Part shown: positions 39,966 to 52,044 of the stretch, piece by piece
How positions within the stretch are numbered: position 1 is the first letter of the stretch
How the letters are laid out: the number at the start of each line of letters is the position of its first letter
NCBI GenBank assembly: GCA_023515725.1
Contig: JALDTO010000136.1
Location: 124,001-188,000, forward strand
Direction of reading: 5' to 3'
DNA: 64,000 nt
From: Amoeboaphelidium protococcarum X5
Taxonomy: Eukaryota > Fungi > Aphelidiomycota
Made by a program: the position numbers and the translations under genes
Notes under the pieces: model-generated
Database searches by the model: none
What the model saw: the letters and a program-made list of their open reading frames with translations, nothing else
Told to the model about the DNA's origin: nothing

Positions 39966-42947
39966 TCACCTTTTAATAAAGTGCTTGTTAAGCAAATGCA
40001 GAGTCTTGTTGACATCGAGTTGCACGTATTCCAGGTCGAGTTTGAGGATATTATCTTGCTACTTCTCCAGCAGATCATCCAACTTGAGATCAACTTCCAC
40101 GATAGGCTTCTCGCGTCCTTTGTAATGCAATCCGATCAGAAACGATCCAGGCGATGGAGACGTGATTAAGAAAAAGATGTTGGGGCGTCTATTATCAGGC
40201 ACGGAAGACTCTAGGAGTACACCATCCTTTTCCAGTTAGGCGTGGTACAGTTTTACGGGGGCCATTCTCTATTGCTTTCCCCCATCAGCAGAGTGCACCT
40301 TCCTCGTGAGCAGATTGCCAGCTTTTTTACCACTAGCGCCACCTGACAAAGATGATGATCTACTTGCTGCATTGTAAGATGATGCTGGACTAAGCTATTT
40401 ATACTTTCCACTCGATGAAGACGATGATCCAGCCTGAATTCGGACATTTTACAGATACGCCTTGTAACTTTCCAGCTGCGATCTCATAAAGCTGTTATGG
40501 TCGCAAATTGTCTTATACACACTCTCTAACGACTTGTAATCGTTCTTCACCTTCATGTAAAACTGACTTAAACTCACAAACTCTTCATAAACGTCACGAC
40601 AAAGCTTAGGATGGCCTGTTGTGTTGTCAATGCCTTGGTATTGATACAGCTCCTGCAATAATTTCAAATTATGGCGCACCATCTATACCTTTTACCTCAC
40701 AGTAGAATCTTTGCGATACTATGAGGAAGCTGAATCCAGAATCTGCTCAATATTCACCAGATCACGGCTATAAGATCGCGGCATATTTCCAATCTAGAGC
40801 AACTAAGAACTTGTCACTGTATTCTGTAGCACTCGTCCATCTGCTTGATGCTTAGCATTCCATGCCAGAGTTCTCATGATTTGCACAACCAACGAGCGAG
40901 TGTCCATGTACAGGATATCAGCTTCACTTAAAGATCCGCAAGATTTAGATTTAGATCTACTGAGTAGGTGTCGCTGCGATGACGAGCCAAGCCTTCGACG
41001 TTCCTCCATTATATCCACCATATGAGGAAACAGTACAGGAGCATTCTCCCAACGAGCGAACAGGTGCAACTAAATACTCTTATTCTCTTTTCTGGCCAGC
41101 TATTTAGGTACATGACCCAAATCCTGTATTATCGACTACAAATGCTAACACGATTACTAGAACGACTGTTCAGGATTCATTGACAATCTCTTAATGCCAA
41201 TATCATCATTATCGTCTCCATAATCACCACTGCCATTGAGACTTATTTTATTCAGTTAGACTTCCTATGACTGCACACCAAACTTACAAATCTCTGCCAG
41301 ATGCTGAGAGAAGAGTGCATGAGTATTGTAAATCTCATTCAGGCTTACATTGATATTAAGATCCTTCTTGGACATTGTCATATACTGATCAATCTCCAGC
41401 GATTCGTAGAAATCTTCGACATCACACAAACTGCTCAGGAATCCAAGAATACAATCCTTATTCTGATCAATGAAACTATTCGTGCTCTTCATGTACGATT
41501 CTTTACTATAGGTCGGTTTATTAGCCAGATTCTAAATCAACTTCGCAATCAAAGTCAGTGTCCTGCGGGGATTAGCGGAAGGCTTCTGGTCTATGATCAT
41601 ATAAGATTCTGGAGTCACTATAGCAGGATTTACATATCTCAAAAAGAAGAAACCACCGATAAGGGATGCAATATGATCAGCAGACATTGTGGGAAACTTT
41701 CTACTTACCATAACTTTAATCTACTTGCAGATCCATCTGATTCCATAAGGTACCTGATCAATCTACTGGATTATAGTATCCACAAACTATTACGCGAGAG
41801 ATTACAGTTTGGCTATTCGCGACTTTATCACAGACTATACCTGAGGATGAGCAGATGCCTCTTCAGAGGATAGCTGACGACTGAGGGAAGAAGACTGTCC
41901 ACTTTCAACTTCGGCATCATTGATCATTTAATGGTACACTTTCAGAGGATCAATCTCCAGACTCTCCTCCTAATTCTGCACAATCTGCTGGATATTATCA
42001 AATAGTACAGTCTTTAGATACTATTGTCCAGGACCGCGGCGCGTATAAGTAGTCATCATTCTTGACACGGGAGTATTGGCACGGAGGAGAGAGCCGAAAT
42101 CTGTAGCCTACTCAATATCATGTGCCAATACACTCTAAAACATTGTTAACAGAAGATGCTCTTCCCTGCTGTCATACTGATTACCATATAATGTAAACAT
42201 GACCGTTTGTAAGAGAGTATCAATCTCGGTAAGAGTCAGCTACTTGACCAGTTGCGCAATAAGTCTTGGCTCACTCTGTAACAAGAAGAATAGATTACCA
42301 TACAGCTGCTTCTTCTTATCATCGGGGAAGTAGACAGAATCTGATCCCTCGGCCTGATTTCCAGCGCCAACAGAATCGTCTTGCATCACCTCAACTTCCT
42401 CGAGGCCCATTCTATTCTAAATCAGCAATGCTATCCGACTATCCAGATACCTAACATCTCTTTCCAGCAGGAAATTCCTCTTCGACTGAACACTAATCTT
42501 ATTCTTCAAATCTTTCAACTATCGCTGTGCGCGTGAGAGCTCATCATCAACCTCAAAGTCTTGTTGCGCAGATATTGACCACATCTAGCTCACTGAGTAT
42601 CTACGCGATTTACGCTTTACACCACTACCACTATTGGCACTAGCAGTTACAGCACCGCCAAATTTATCCGCAAGTCTCTGAGTGCGACTTCGCTGACGAA
42701 GAGGATTAATATTTTCCTACTACTACTACTGCTACTGCAAATCTTGCCGATCGCCATAATTATCTTGATCAAAATCTTCTAATGGACTAACTGTTAACGG
42801 GACACCATGCTCCATAGCTAGACGGGCAGCGCGCACAAGATCGCCATTCTATAGATCAAGCGATTCCTGTCTGGTATTCAGTTTAGGCCTTAAATTCATA
42901 TTCTTGACACCTTCTTTCAAATCCGCACTCTAACTTTATTAACTCAT
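39966..42947 (-). CDS. RasGAP with RasGAP_C domain (Gap1/Sar1 type)
   Basis: [74 protein letters not shown]; 994 codons. Confidence 0.92.
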
Positions 42948-43355
42948 AATCTTTGTGTTTTAAAATTTAATAAAGAAGGAGGATTAAATGCGCTACTACA
43001 CTGATTTAAATGAGAAAAAGCCCAACAATTAATCAGTACAAAGAAGAGAGCGCGACGCGTTTTTACAGGCAGGATTCTGATTGGACGATCAATGGCTGTT
43101 ACCAATGACAATCAATCTTGAGGTTGCACTTGGTGAAGATTATAGAAATGTGCTAAGTTAACGAAGATGTGTATGAAAATTGATATTACTTTCGGAAAGA
43201 TGGAATACAATTTGATCTTTATCAACCACTTTCTATTATACATCTGCTCTGCTTCACTACTCTACAAATTAGCGCCGCATTTTCAAGTCGACGCCGCTTT
43301 TTAAGTTTACTCAAATTCAAAGAGACTTGTTAAAGACAAAGTACATATAGAATTT

Positions 43356-45601
43356 TCATTATATGGCTTCATTATAAACCAGTCTAAAGCATCCATCTCG
43401 TTATTCAGCGAATAATCGCGGCTTTTAAAATTCATGCGTAAGCTGAGTAGATTGGTTATCATTACCATTGACAGTAAACACGAATTCTTCAATCAGAGGA
43501 CTTGGATCACTTTACTCTTTCAACTTATTAATCAACTGTGCACCAATATTGGATGTAATTGAAAGCTTGCAACCATGAATAGAGACTGGTTACAGATAGT
43601 CGTCCCGAATGATGCTCATAATTTCATCAATGTTCTCCATACCAAATTTATCTATCAAAGACTTACTCATCGCCAAGATTGTCTCAGTCTAACGAATCTA
43701 TAGCAATATCTACTACAATCGATCCAAAGATAGAGAATTATCAGCTTCAATGTTCATGGAAAAACACGGCCAACTAAGATTTAATAGCTATGCCGTACAT
43801 TTAATCAAATATTCACAGACTTACGATTGATCAGGGTTTAACTGTAATCCATTAGCAACATTACTCAGATATTAAACAACAATAGAGCAGTATGAAGGGA
43901 TTAGATACCACGTAGGATCAGCGATTGACTATAAATCAGCCAATGCCCGCTCCCCTTCTCTATCCAAATCAAACAGCTGCTCTTACTAGTCGGCATGTTA
44001 CGGCAGTGCAGCAAGCCATAATTAGTTCCAGAGATTCTACTGATCCTGCATCCGCGCACTCAATTGTCCATCCACGTAATCTCGCGGTGAGTGCCATCGA
44101 ACAAAATCCACAAGAGATGATAAAGGATTAGCGAATTTGAAAGCTGACATGTCTGAGAGCAGATGTGCAGATTACATCTTGGCTCGCAGGTCGGCAGCCT
44201 CACCCGAATCTCCCATGTCTTCAAATTAACGCATCTGCTCCTCAACCATATCAGATGTCATAACTCCAGAGTGTTGTGTTATCGGAATAGCCAATCGCTC
44301 ATCTGGATGATTGATAAGATGCAGCGTGGGATGATACTTGACTATTCCCCGATTATCAAAATGCTCATTAGTATCAAAGAAGAGATCATCATTATCATTA
44401 CTTACTTACACAGTGCTATGACCCTGCCTGAGAATGGACCTAATACAATGATTGATCAGAGTCAATTTCTAGGCAATAAGACACTGCTACTAATTAATTT
44501 CAAATCCAATGTGAGGTATTACAGTCTTGGTGTTCCAACAATCCCTCACCTTGTTCATGATCAAATGCCATAAAGCTCGAATTGCCGAATCGAATCTCAT
44601 ATTCAAACGACTCTCCATCTGAAATAGAGAATAATAACACATTCTAAATAATAGCGAATTCTGAGCGACTGATCCGATAACTCGCTACAAATCCTCATTC
44701 ATCTATAACATTATAGCTTCTGGACTCGACACCTTGTATACGACATCTTTAATCACATCAATATCCACAATTTCGAAATTGCCCATTGGATTCTTTACTT
44801 TATCCGATATGGTCTATCCGAGGCTCTTTTACTAATTCAAGTCTTCATTGAATCTGTATTAATGCATCTAGTGGCTATTAGAAGTAAGTGATTGTATAAC
44901 ATCACCAATTTTGGATGATAACTGTAATCCAACAAGGTAATTAAGGTCTGACACAGATTCTGTATCTAATTTTAAATGAATGTCCACCTAACTCAAATCC
45001 CTCCAGAATAGATACAGCTACTAGTCACTTTTGCTGTCGAATGCAGACTCTGATAAAGTTATATAAAATTTCTAAATAGGATCTTCCGTAGTTAATGCTT
45101 AAACATTCGCATCAAGATCATATCCATACAATTTCAGAGAAAATGTCTATTTCTATGCAGATATAATCTTGGATGAACTAGGCAAACTATACATATTCTT
45201 GAATAGTGATAAAAGTCGAGTATGACCACGATATTCTCGGGGAACTAGAGGAGCAAACGAGGATCTAATTCTAGACGTGACTCTTCCCTGTTACACAACT
45301 AGTCCATCATACAACTCCTTCCACTACGCTCCAGTTTATACAAATACCGCATAATAATCACCAGAGAGGGAAGAAGCAGCCATAACCGCGGTCGATGAAA
45401 CTAACTTTAGTTCAGACAGGTCAGCAATCGGCTTCTTAACGCCAGATACGACATACAACTTGGTGAGAGACGTCCAATTATGAGGCACATGAGCATAGTC
45501 ATTGCAGAAAGTTTGATTAGATACTGAGGACTAATGTAATTGCTCATAGCTAATGCAGTACTATCGTCTATTCAACCAGAAATTTAAAGACTTGTCATCA
45601 A

Positions 45602-45682
<81 letters not shown>

Positions 45683-45800
45683 CTTGTGCAGACTGTTATG
45701 AACTCGCATCACACCTCTTCATAAACTACTCCATCGTCGTAATAACTTGCTCCCACTCTGATGCATTGGTAAAGTCAATTAACTCAAATTATTCATCCAT
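43356..45800 (-). CDS. RAB3GAP1: Rab3GAP catalytic subunit
   Basis: Absent from the ORF track. FELIDFTNASEWEQ at the N-terminus; RAKMQSAHLLSDMSAFKFANP...DFVRWHSPRDY; 815 codons. Confidence 0.9.
45604..45681. repeat. (TTA)26 perfect microsatellite encoding poly-Asn in RAB3GAP1
   Basis: Read as AAT x25 + AAC on the minus strand in the RAB3GAP1 frame. Confidence 0.95.
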
Positions 45801-45993
45801 AATATTATAGGTTATTTTTCCAGAATATAATTCTTTATAAATCAAGTATAAATATCCACTCAGAATTATATAAAATCTCTACAATCTATCTTTATAAGAT
45901 GGGAACAATATCAATCAGAGAGGAAACAAAAAGAGATCGCGCCTCAGACACCGGTCGCCTCTTTCATTTAAACGCTCCGTGTGAAAGTCATAG

Positions 45994-46836
45994 TTCACTT
46001 ACAATCATTTGATCAAGGTGGCAGAGATGTCTAATGTCAATTTGATGGGTGCCAAGAATCTAGCTACTGTATTTGGTCCTAATATGCTCAAGTCGCCTGC
46101 AGAGAAAGCTGCCAGTGAGAATGGCGAGGTTAATGCTGTGGCTGAGCTAGGCGATATGGGCTACAAGAATGCAGTGATTGAGAATATGATTTTATTCGGT
46201 AAGAAGATATTTGCCGCTGCGGATGCATTACGATTAGATCCTAGTGCTGATATTGCGTAATACGTTAATGATGAATAGGAGCCTCAAGTTTTACCGCAAT
46301 AATCGCCGGAGACGGATCCTAAATCCCCAATTTCAAATGCATCGTCATCATCACCTGGTAGTAATAGAGCAGGCGGTGCTGGCAAGTTGAGTACATACTC
46401 AGCCGCGAATCGCAAAGAGTCGTCAATGGCAGCCACGGTAGCTCTTGCTCATATGATGAAACACAGCAACAGTACAGACACGACTCATGTGCCCAACTAT
46501 GAAGCTAATAGTTATGCTCTAGTGTCTCAAGAAGAGGAAGTGCCTTCAGTGGAGAGTTCATTCAATCCTGCTGCAAGAAATCCGCTGGAAGAAGCAGCCA
46601 GGCGACCACAAAGTAAGTATGACGAGTTTGCTGCCAGCTTTATCAAGCAGGTGAATAGAACATCGAAGCTGAGTAGTGTCACCTATCCTGAAGATGTGAA
46701 CATGCCGACTACTCCGATCAGCAATAATGCGTCTCCTTTTAGCTAGTACGGATCGTAATAATAATAATAACAACAACAATCGTCGTAGTAGTAGTAGTAA
46801 CAGCATCCGACGGGCGATCACATACACTACTCGTGA
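45994..46836 (+). pseudogene. 5'-truncated RhoGAP gene (last helices of the domain plus C-tail)
   Basis: FTYNHLIKVAEMSNVNLMGAKNLATVFGPNML...VIENMI. In-frame TGA upstream at 45982; no room for further exons before the RAB3GAP1 start. Confidence 0.6.
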
Positions 46837-47398
46837 TTGATGCCACACTGAATGACGCGTTGAGATGAATAGATTAACTAAATGTTTAAATACCCTCGAT
46901 TTAATTGTATGAATAAATACATACTTTGATCAAGACGCTAAACGATTTGATTGACTAAACTGCGACTCCTTTCTCAATCAATCCGATCAGTGTTACTGTG
47001 TGTCTCTCTGTGTGCGTGCGTGCGTGCGAGTGAGTGTGGCGAGTGATGGAAATTCAAATCGCCTCCTGATTTTTCCTGCGAATCAAATTGCTGCGTCACA
47101 TTGCGATCAAAAACTGCTGCAGAGGAACACACGCGCCATCACTGCTCTTTCTGTTCACCTTTATACGTTGTGCTTTCGAATATAATAATAATAATTGAAT
47201 TGTGTCTTATTATTATTATTAAATTCCTGGAATTCACAACTAATTCGGGATATTATAATCGCCATCTATACCGAGAGTATATTTATTTAGAGGAATTTCA
47301 TTTACATCCAGCTGTAGTGAGTAGCGTTGATTTGGCATTTTACAATTGGATATACAGTATATATATATTGATAAATTATCTACTGCCTATATTGAGAA

Positions 47399-48988
47399 AT
47401 GAGTAATAACAGTAATAATTCGGATAATCCGTTTGTGAAGAATCTCCCGTAGTAGCAGTCATAGTCCCAATCTAAAGGTCCTACTGCGTGCTTTGTGTGT
47501 CGAGCTGCTCACGTTGGATGTGACAAGAAGCGTCCATGTGGTAGATGTACTCGACTGGGCAAGGATTGTATTGAGGTGGATGATAGCAATCGCCACATAT
47601 TGAGCACCAGTGCCGCCGTTAGAAATAAAGACGTGAATCTTCCGTCCAAAGATAGTTTGCCGCTTGCATTCGCTGGCAATGGTCTGATGAGGATGAGCTA
47701 TGGCGGCGTGTCATCGGCTGCATTGTAGACTATGGCTGGTGTTGTTGGTGCTGCTGCTGCTCAGAGTGCTGGTGGTAGATCGTCTTCTGCTAGAGCATCT
47801 ACTGGCTCTGCGGCATTGATGAATAACGGTGGTGGATACCCAGTGGTGCCGATGAATGCCAAGTTGCCTACTGCTCTGTTCCCCCCTATGAGCTTTAATG
47901 GTGGCGTGGTTGGTAGTAGCAATCTTGCAGTTGGTATGCAATAGAGTGGCGATGTTAATTTCAATGCCAAGTCTACCGCGCCTGGTGTCGTGAGTGGTGT
48001 CTCTGGTGGTATTAATCCTGCCTAGATATCGACACCTGGTATGATCAGTACTCCACTGAGTTACTCTGAACTGGAGGCCAAGACGCCTGGAAGCGTTATT
48101 CCTATTGGTAGTCAGGGCATAGTCGGTTGTCTTAACTGTAGAACATCCCATGTGAGCTGCGATAAGGGTAGACCATGTTCGCGCTGTGTCCGTCTTGGTA
48201 CCACCGCCCATTGTATTGATCCTCCTAGTGCGCGTAAACTTGCATCTTCTGGTTCTGGTAGAAATGATAGCATCGCGTCTGGTATTGGTTTATCTGGATC
48301 TATCAGTCAGTCTTTGGTATCGTCCACTTTATCTCTGCCAGACTCTGTGGTGGGTGGTGATGTTATGGATGTCCGCCAGTTGAACTAGTAGAATCAGGCT
48401 GCATTCTTTAATGAGATTTTTATGGCTCAGCAGCAGTAGTAGTAGTAATAGCAACAGGTATAACAACTGTAGCAGTATATCTCTGAGCATGAAAATGATC
48501 TGTACCGCTCCATGGACGAGCCTCCATTTGCCTTCTGCCTAACTAAGGATGAGCTACTGGCTGAGGCACGGGCGTTGGGATTGAAGGTGGAAACTAATAC
48601 GTATCTGGTCACTAGGGATGGAAAGAGAAGAAACTCAGACTCTGATGCATCGTCGTCGTAAACGTCATCATCATCTGCTGGCGCGTCCAAGCATAACCAC
48701 AATCTGGATGATAAGAAGAAAAAGGCCAAGCTTTGTGGTGGCGGTCTGATAGATCTGAATGTATACCCAACTCCCGCTGGTACACCACCACCTGCGTTCA
48801 ACAACCTCATTGGAGATGATCGCAGTGATGATACGAGTTGTGCGGATGGTATCACCGTGAAAGATGATATCCGCCTGGCCAAGAACACCGTTCAAGATAA
48901 TGGAGCGTAGACTGACTTTGACTTTCTGCTTGAAGATTCCCTGCTGTCCAACTGCTCATACCTGCCGCCATCATTGCAATAGAACTGA
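47399..48988 (+). CDS. Transcription factor with two Zn(II)2Cys6 clusters
   Basis: ACFVCRAAHVGCDKKRPCGRCTRLGKDC and GCLNCRTSHVSCDKGRPCSRCVRLGTTAHC; polyQ from mixed CAR/TAR codons; 530 codons. Confidence 0.9.
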
Positions 48989-49187
48989 GTGATTATTCTA
49001 GTTACTTGGTTACTTTAATTCTTGGGTGTGTATGTGTACGATTTGGAATATCTAATGTAGCCCTGCCAGTTGCATAGACATGCATTGATCACAAGCATAT
49101 ACGTATTTAGTTAATGAACACTCATCAAGAAACTCATATGTGTAAAATCTACCAATATTTCTATTATATCTACTTTACAACTGTCTT

Positions 49188-50084
49188 TCATTCATGAAGA
49201 TCATCATCATCATTATCTTGCATCAACTGTATCATATGTACAAATTGATTAAATGTCAAATCAATATCAACAACATTTTTTAAAGCATCATCATTCTTGT
49301 CTTGTTCATCCATAGATTATAGTGATAAAGAATCAACAACTTTCAGTCCATTCAGAATATCAGCGAGATCCATACCAGAGGCTATCTGACCAAATATGTC
49401 TTCATACTATCGAATGAAATCCTCCACCTTCATGGCGAATAATACGCGCTCATTCAAAGGTATAGAATGATCAAACTTTAGCAATTAAGATATTCGTTTT
49501 ATGCGCTCCATTGAAGCCAGGTCATATTAGTCATAACAAATACCGCCAGAAGACGCGTCAAAATCATCCGCCGCCATCTATTATAGAATCAGTTCAGCAA
49601 TATCAACTTTATTCTACAACTCATCGCTCCTTGGCTGAGGCTATTTCTCATTACTATCTGCATGAAAATTAACAGATATTGACTAGCCATTAATCACTTC
49701 ACAGATTCGGATTAGAAATGATTAAGCATCTTCTTGACTTGCAGAATATCGCGTGATCACATGTAAATTCTGCGTATTATCACCCTTCGCAGCATAGACT
49801 CGTATTATTTGCACCAATTCATTCTTATTAGTATCATCGCTGTTAGATGTTGTAGCCTATTAGCGTAAGATATTAATCTACTTCATGGCCTCCTGGTTGA
49901 TATGACGCATTTTATCACAATGACCAAATCTATCAGGATGAATTTTGCTAATCATTGCATTAACCTCTGGCTTGATCTGATCCAATACTGATCGCTGCTG
50001 TTTAGTTTTACAATAATACAGTCTTTTATTCAATATACAGTATTTTTAAATTCTAGGTATTGATCTTGATATCCTGGCTATCAT
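49188..50084 (-). CDS. DUF4460/TCAIM-N-like protein with probable mitochondrial presequence
   Basis: Basic N-terminus, then AMISKIHPDRFGHCDKMRHINQEAMKQIN; 299 codons. Confidence 0.6.
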
Positions 50085-50293
50085 TACTACTGTCTCTGGG
50101 CGTATCAAATTTAAGCTAACTTGCACTTCTCGCAGTTATAGAGCAGAGACTTTTGCCTTCGAAAGTTCCCTTTTTGCCGAGCGCGGAGATCATCTCTTTT
50201 TCGTTAAAGCGATTTACGGTAGATTCTTCTGAAAGACGTTCAACATCATCATAATTCAAATAAAAAGCATCATCATTAATAGTGTGTGAAATA

Positions 50294-50725
50294 ATGTTGG
50301 CAGAAATAACCAAGTGGGCCAAGGCTTTAAGGGAGAATAGATCGCTGACAAAGACATTGAAGAACTGGTTCGAGATCAATGATATAAAGGCGGGTAGATT
50401 CGTCGGTCAAGACGCACTGGGCAACAAGTATTATGAGAACCGGGATGAGGTTGTCTATTAGAGGGACCGCTGGGTGCAGTATAATCAGTAAAACTTTCCC
50501 CGTGAACCGTCTCAGATTCCGCCAGAGTGGCATGCCTGGATGCACCGTATGACTGATGTTCCGCCAAGTTCTGCGTAGGCTATTGAAAAGTTCTACGTTG
50601 ATAAGGCTCATTTCGCTCTCAGCGATCATCAAGGCAATCGTACTGGAGGTGATAGTGGATTCAGAACATACAGTACCACTTATCCTCGGTACCAGGCATG
50701 GGTGCCTCAATCTAAATAAAGATGA
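50294..50725 (+). CDS. NDUFA12: Complex I subunit NDUFA12 (B17.2)
   Basis: KAGRFVGQDALGNKYYEN, RDRWVQY, SQIPPEWHAWMH, YQAWVP. Confidence 0.92.
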
Positions 50726-50821
50726 ATTAAATAGTAGTTACAGAATTTCATTATAATAACTCACTAGATTCTGATCTCTGTCGCTGCTTTGTTATCTGGA
50801 ACATTCAGTTATTCATCATGG

Positions 50822-51889
50822 TCATAGACTGCTTCTTTGCTTTTAATCGTCAGCCTTTAGTAATGGAACGATAACTTTGCCGCAGCTCTTACCGCTGTGC
50901 AAGTGATCAACCGCACGAGTAATGTCTTTCAATCCTGTGAAATCCTGCATATCACAATAGGCTTCAATTTCATTGGATGCGATACTCTTGATCAACTGCG
51001 GTAGGACCTAAGGAATCTCCTTGTAATAGTTGTTCAAAAAGAAGCCGTGAATTGACAGTGACTTGGATAGCAGTATCGCAGTGCTAATCTAATCCTGCCA
51101 TATGTCTTGGAAACTCTTACCGCCCTCCTCTTTATAACTGACAATAGAACCGATTACTAGGATGCGACCGCGTGGAGCCAAGCTATTCAGACAAGTCTTG
51201 AACAACTGTCCACCCACAGATTCAAACACGCAATCAATACCCTTGGGGAATTTGGTCTTCAACACATCGCCAACATTCTCAGTCTTGTAGTTGATCACCA
51301 AGTCACATCCCCAATGCTTCAGCTTCTCCGCCTTCTCCTCGGTTGAGCACGTTCCAATAACAGTCTTGGCCTTCAGTATCTTCTTGGCGTACTGTACAGC
51401 AAAGTGACCGAGACCGCCAGCAGACGCTGTGATCAGCACCGTTTCGCCCTGTTTCAGCTGAGCCTTCTCAGTCAGAGCCAGCGCGGCAGTCAAACCACTC
51501 ACTGCAGCCACGAGAAACTTTGCACTCGCCTCCGGAATGGGAACGGCCGCGCTCTGATTCAGCAGAATGTACTCTGCGAAAGAGCCCGCTTGCATGAAAA
51601 GCACTGGCTGGCCAGTTTTCAAGTGCTGCACATCATCGCCAACCTTGTCGATCACTCCAACGCCTTCAAATCCAGAATCGAATGGAGGTTTAACACTGGG
51701 ATCATAGCGACCGGATGTAAAGTTGATATCTGACGCGTTGATACCCACATAGTGAACCTTGACCAGAACCTGATCTCTGCCAGGCTACAGTTGATCCAAG
51801 TCGCAAGTCACAACTTCTGTTGCTTCGCTAAAATTTGTAGTCAACTTTTGCACCACCAACTTCTGATATGTATTTCCACCTTGAACCAT
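50822..51889 (-). CDS. MDR-family NADPH oxidoreductase (PTGR3/ZADH2-like)
   Basis: VGINASDINFTSGRY, GFEGVG, ETVLITASAGGLG; ends RSSL, a possible PTS1. Confidence 0.88.
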
Positions 51890-52044
51890 ATTTATCTTAA
51901 ACTATTTAAATGCTATATTGTAATTAAATTTACAATTATGAGACATTAAAAGATGAAAGGGATACTGATGATGAGCGATCAAAACGGAGAATGGTGATTC
52001 AAATAACGTAAGCTCATAAAAAAACTTCACGTAAGCAAATGACA

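Noticed and set aside
44343-44405. GTAAGT...CTAAT...ATAG intron-like stretch in RAB3GAP1
   Set aside because: The frame reads through as an acidic DLFFDT segment typical of the family, so no intron is needed.
45553-45810. Poly-Leu ORF on the + strand
   Set aside because: Antisense reading of the poly-Asn microsatellite in RAB3GAP1.
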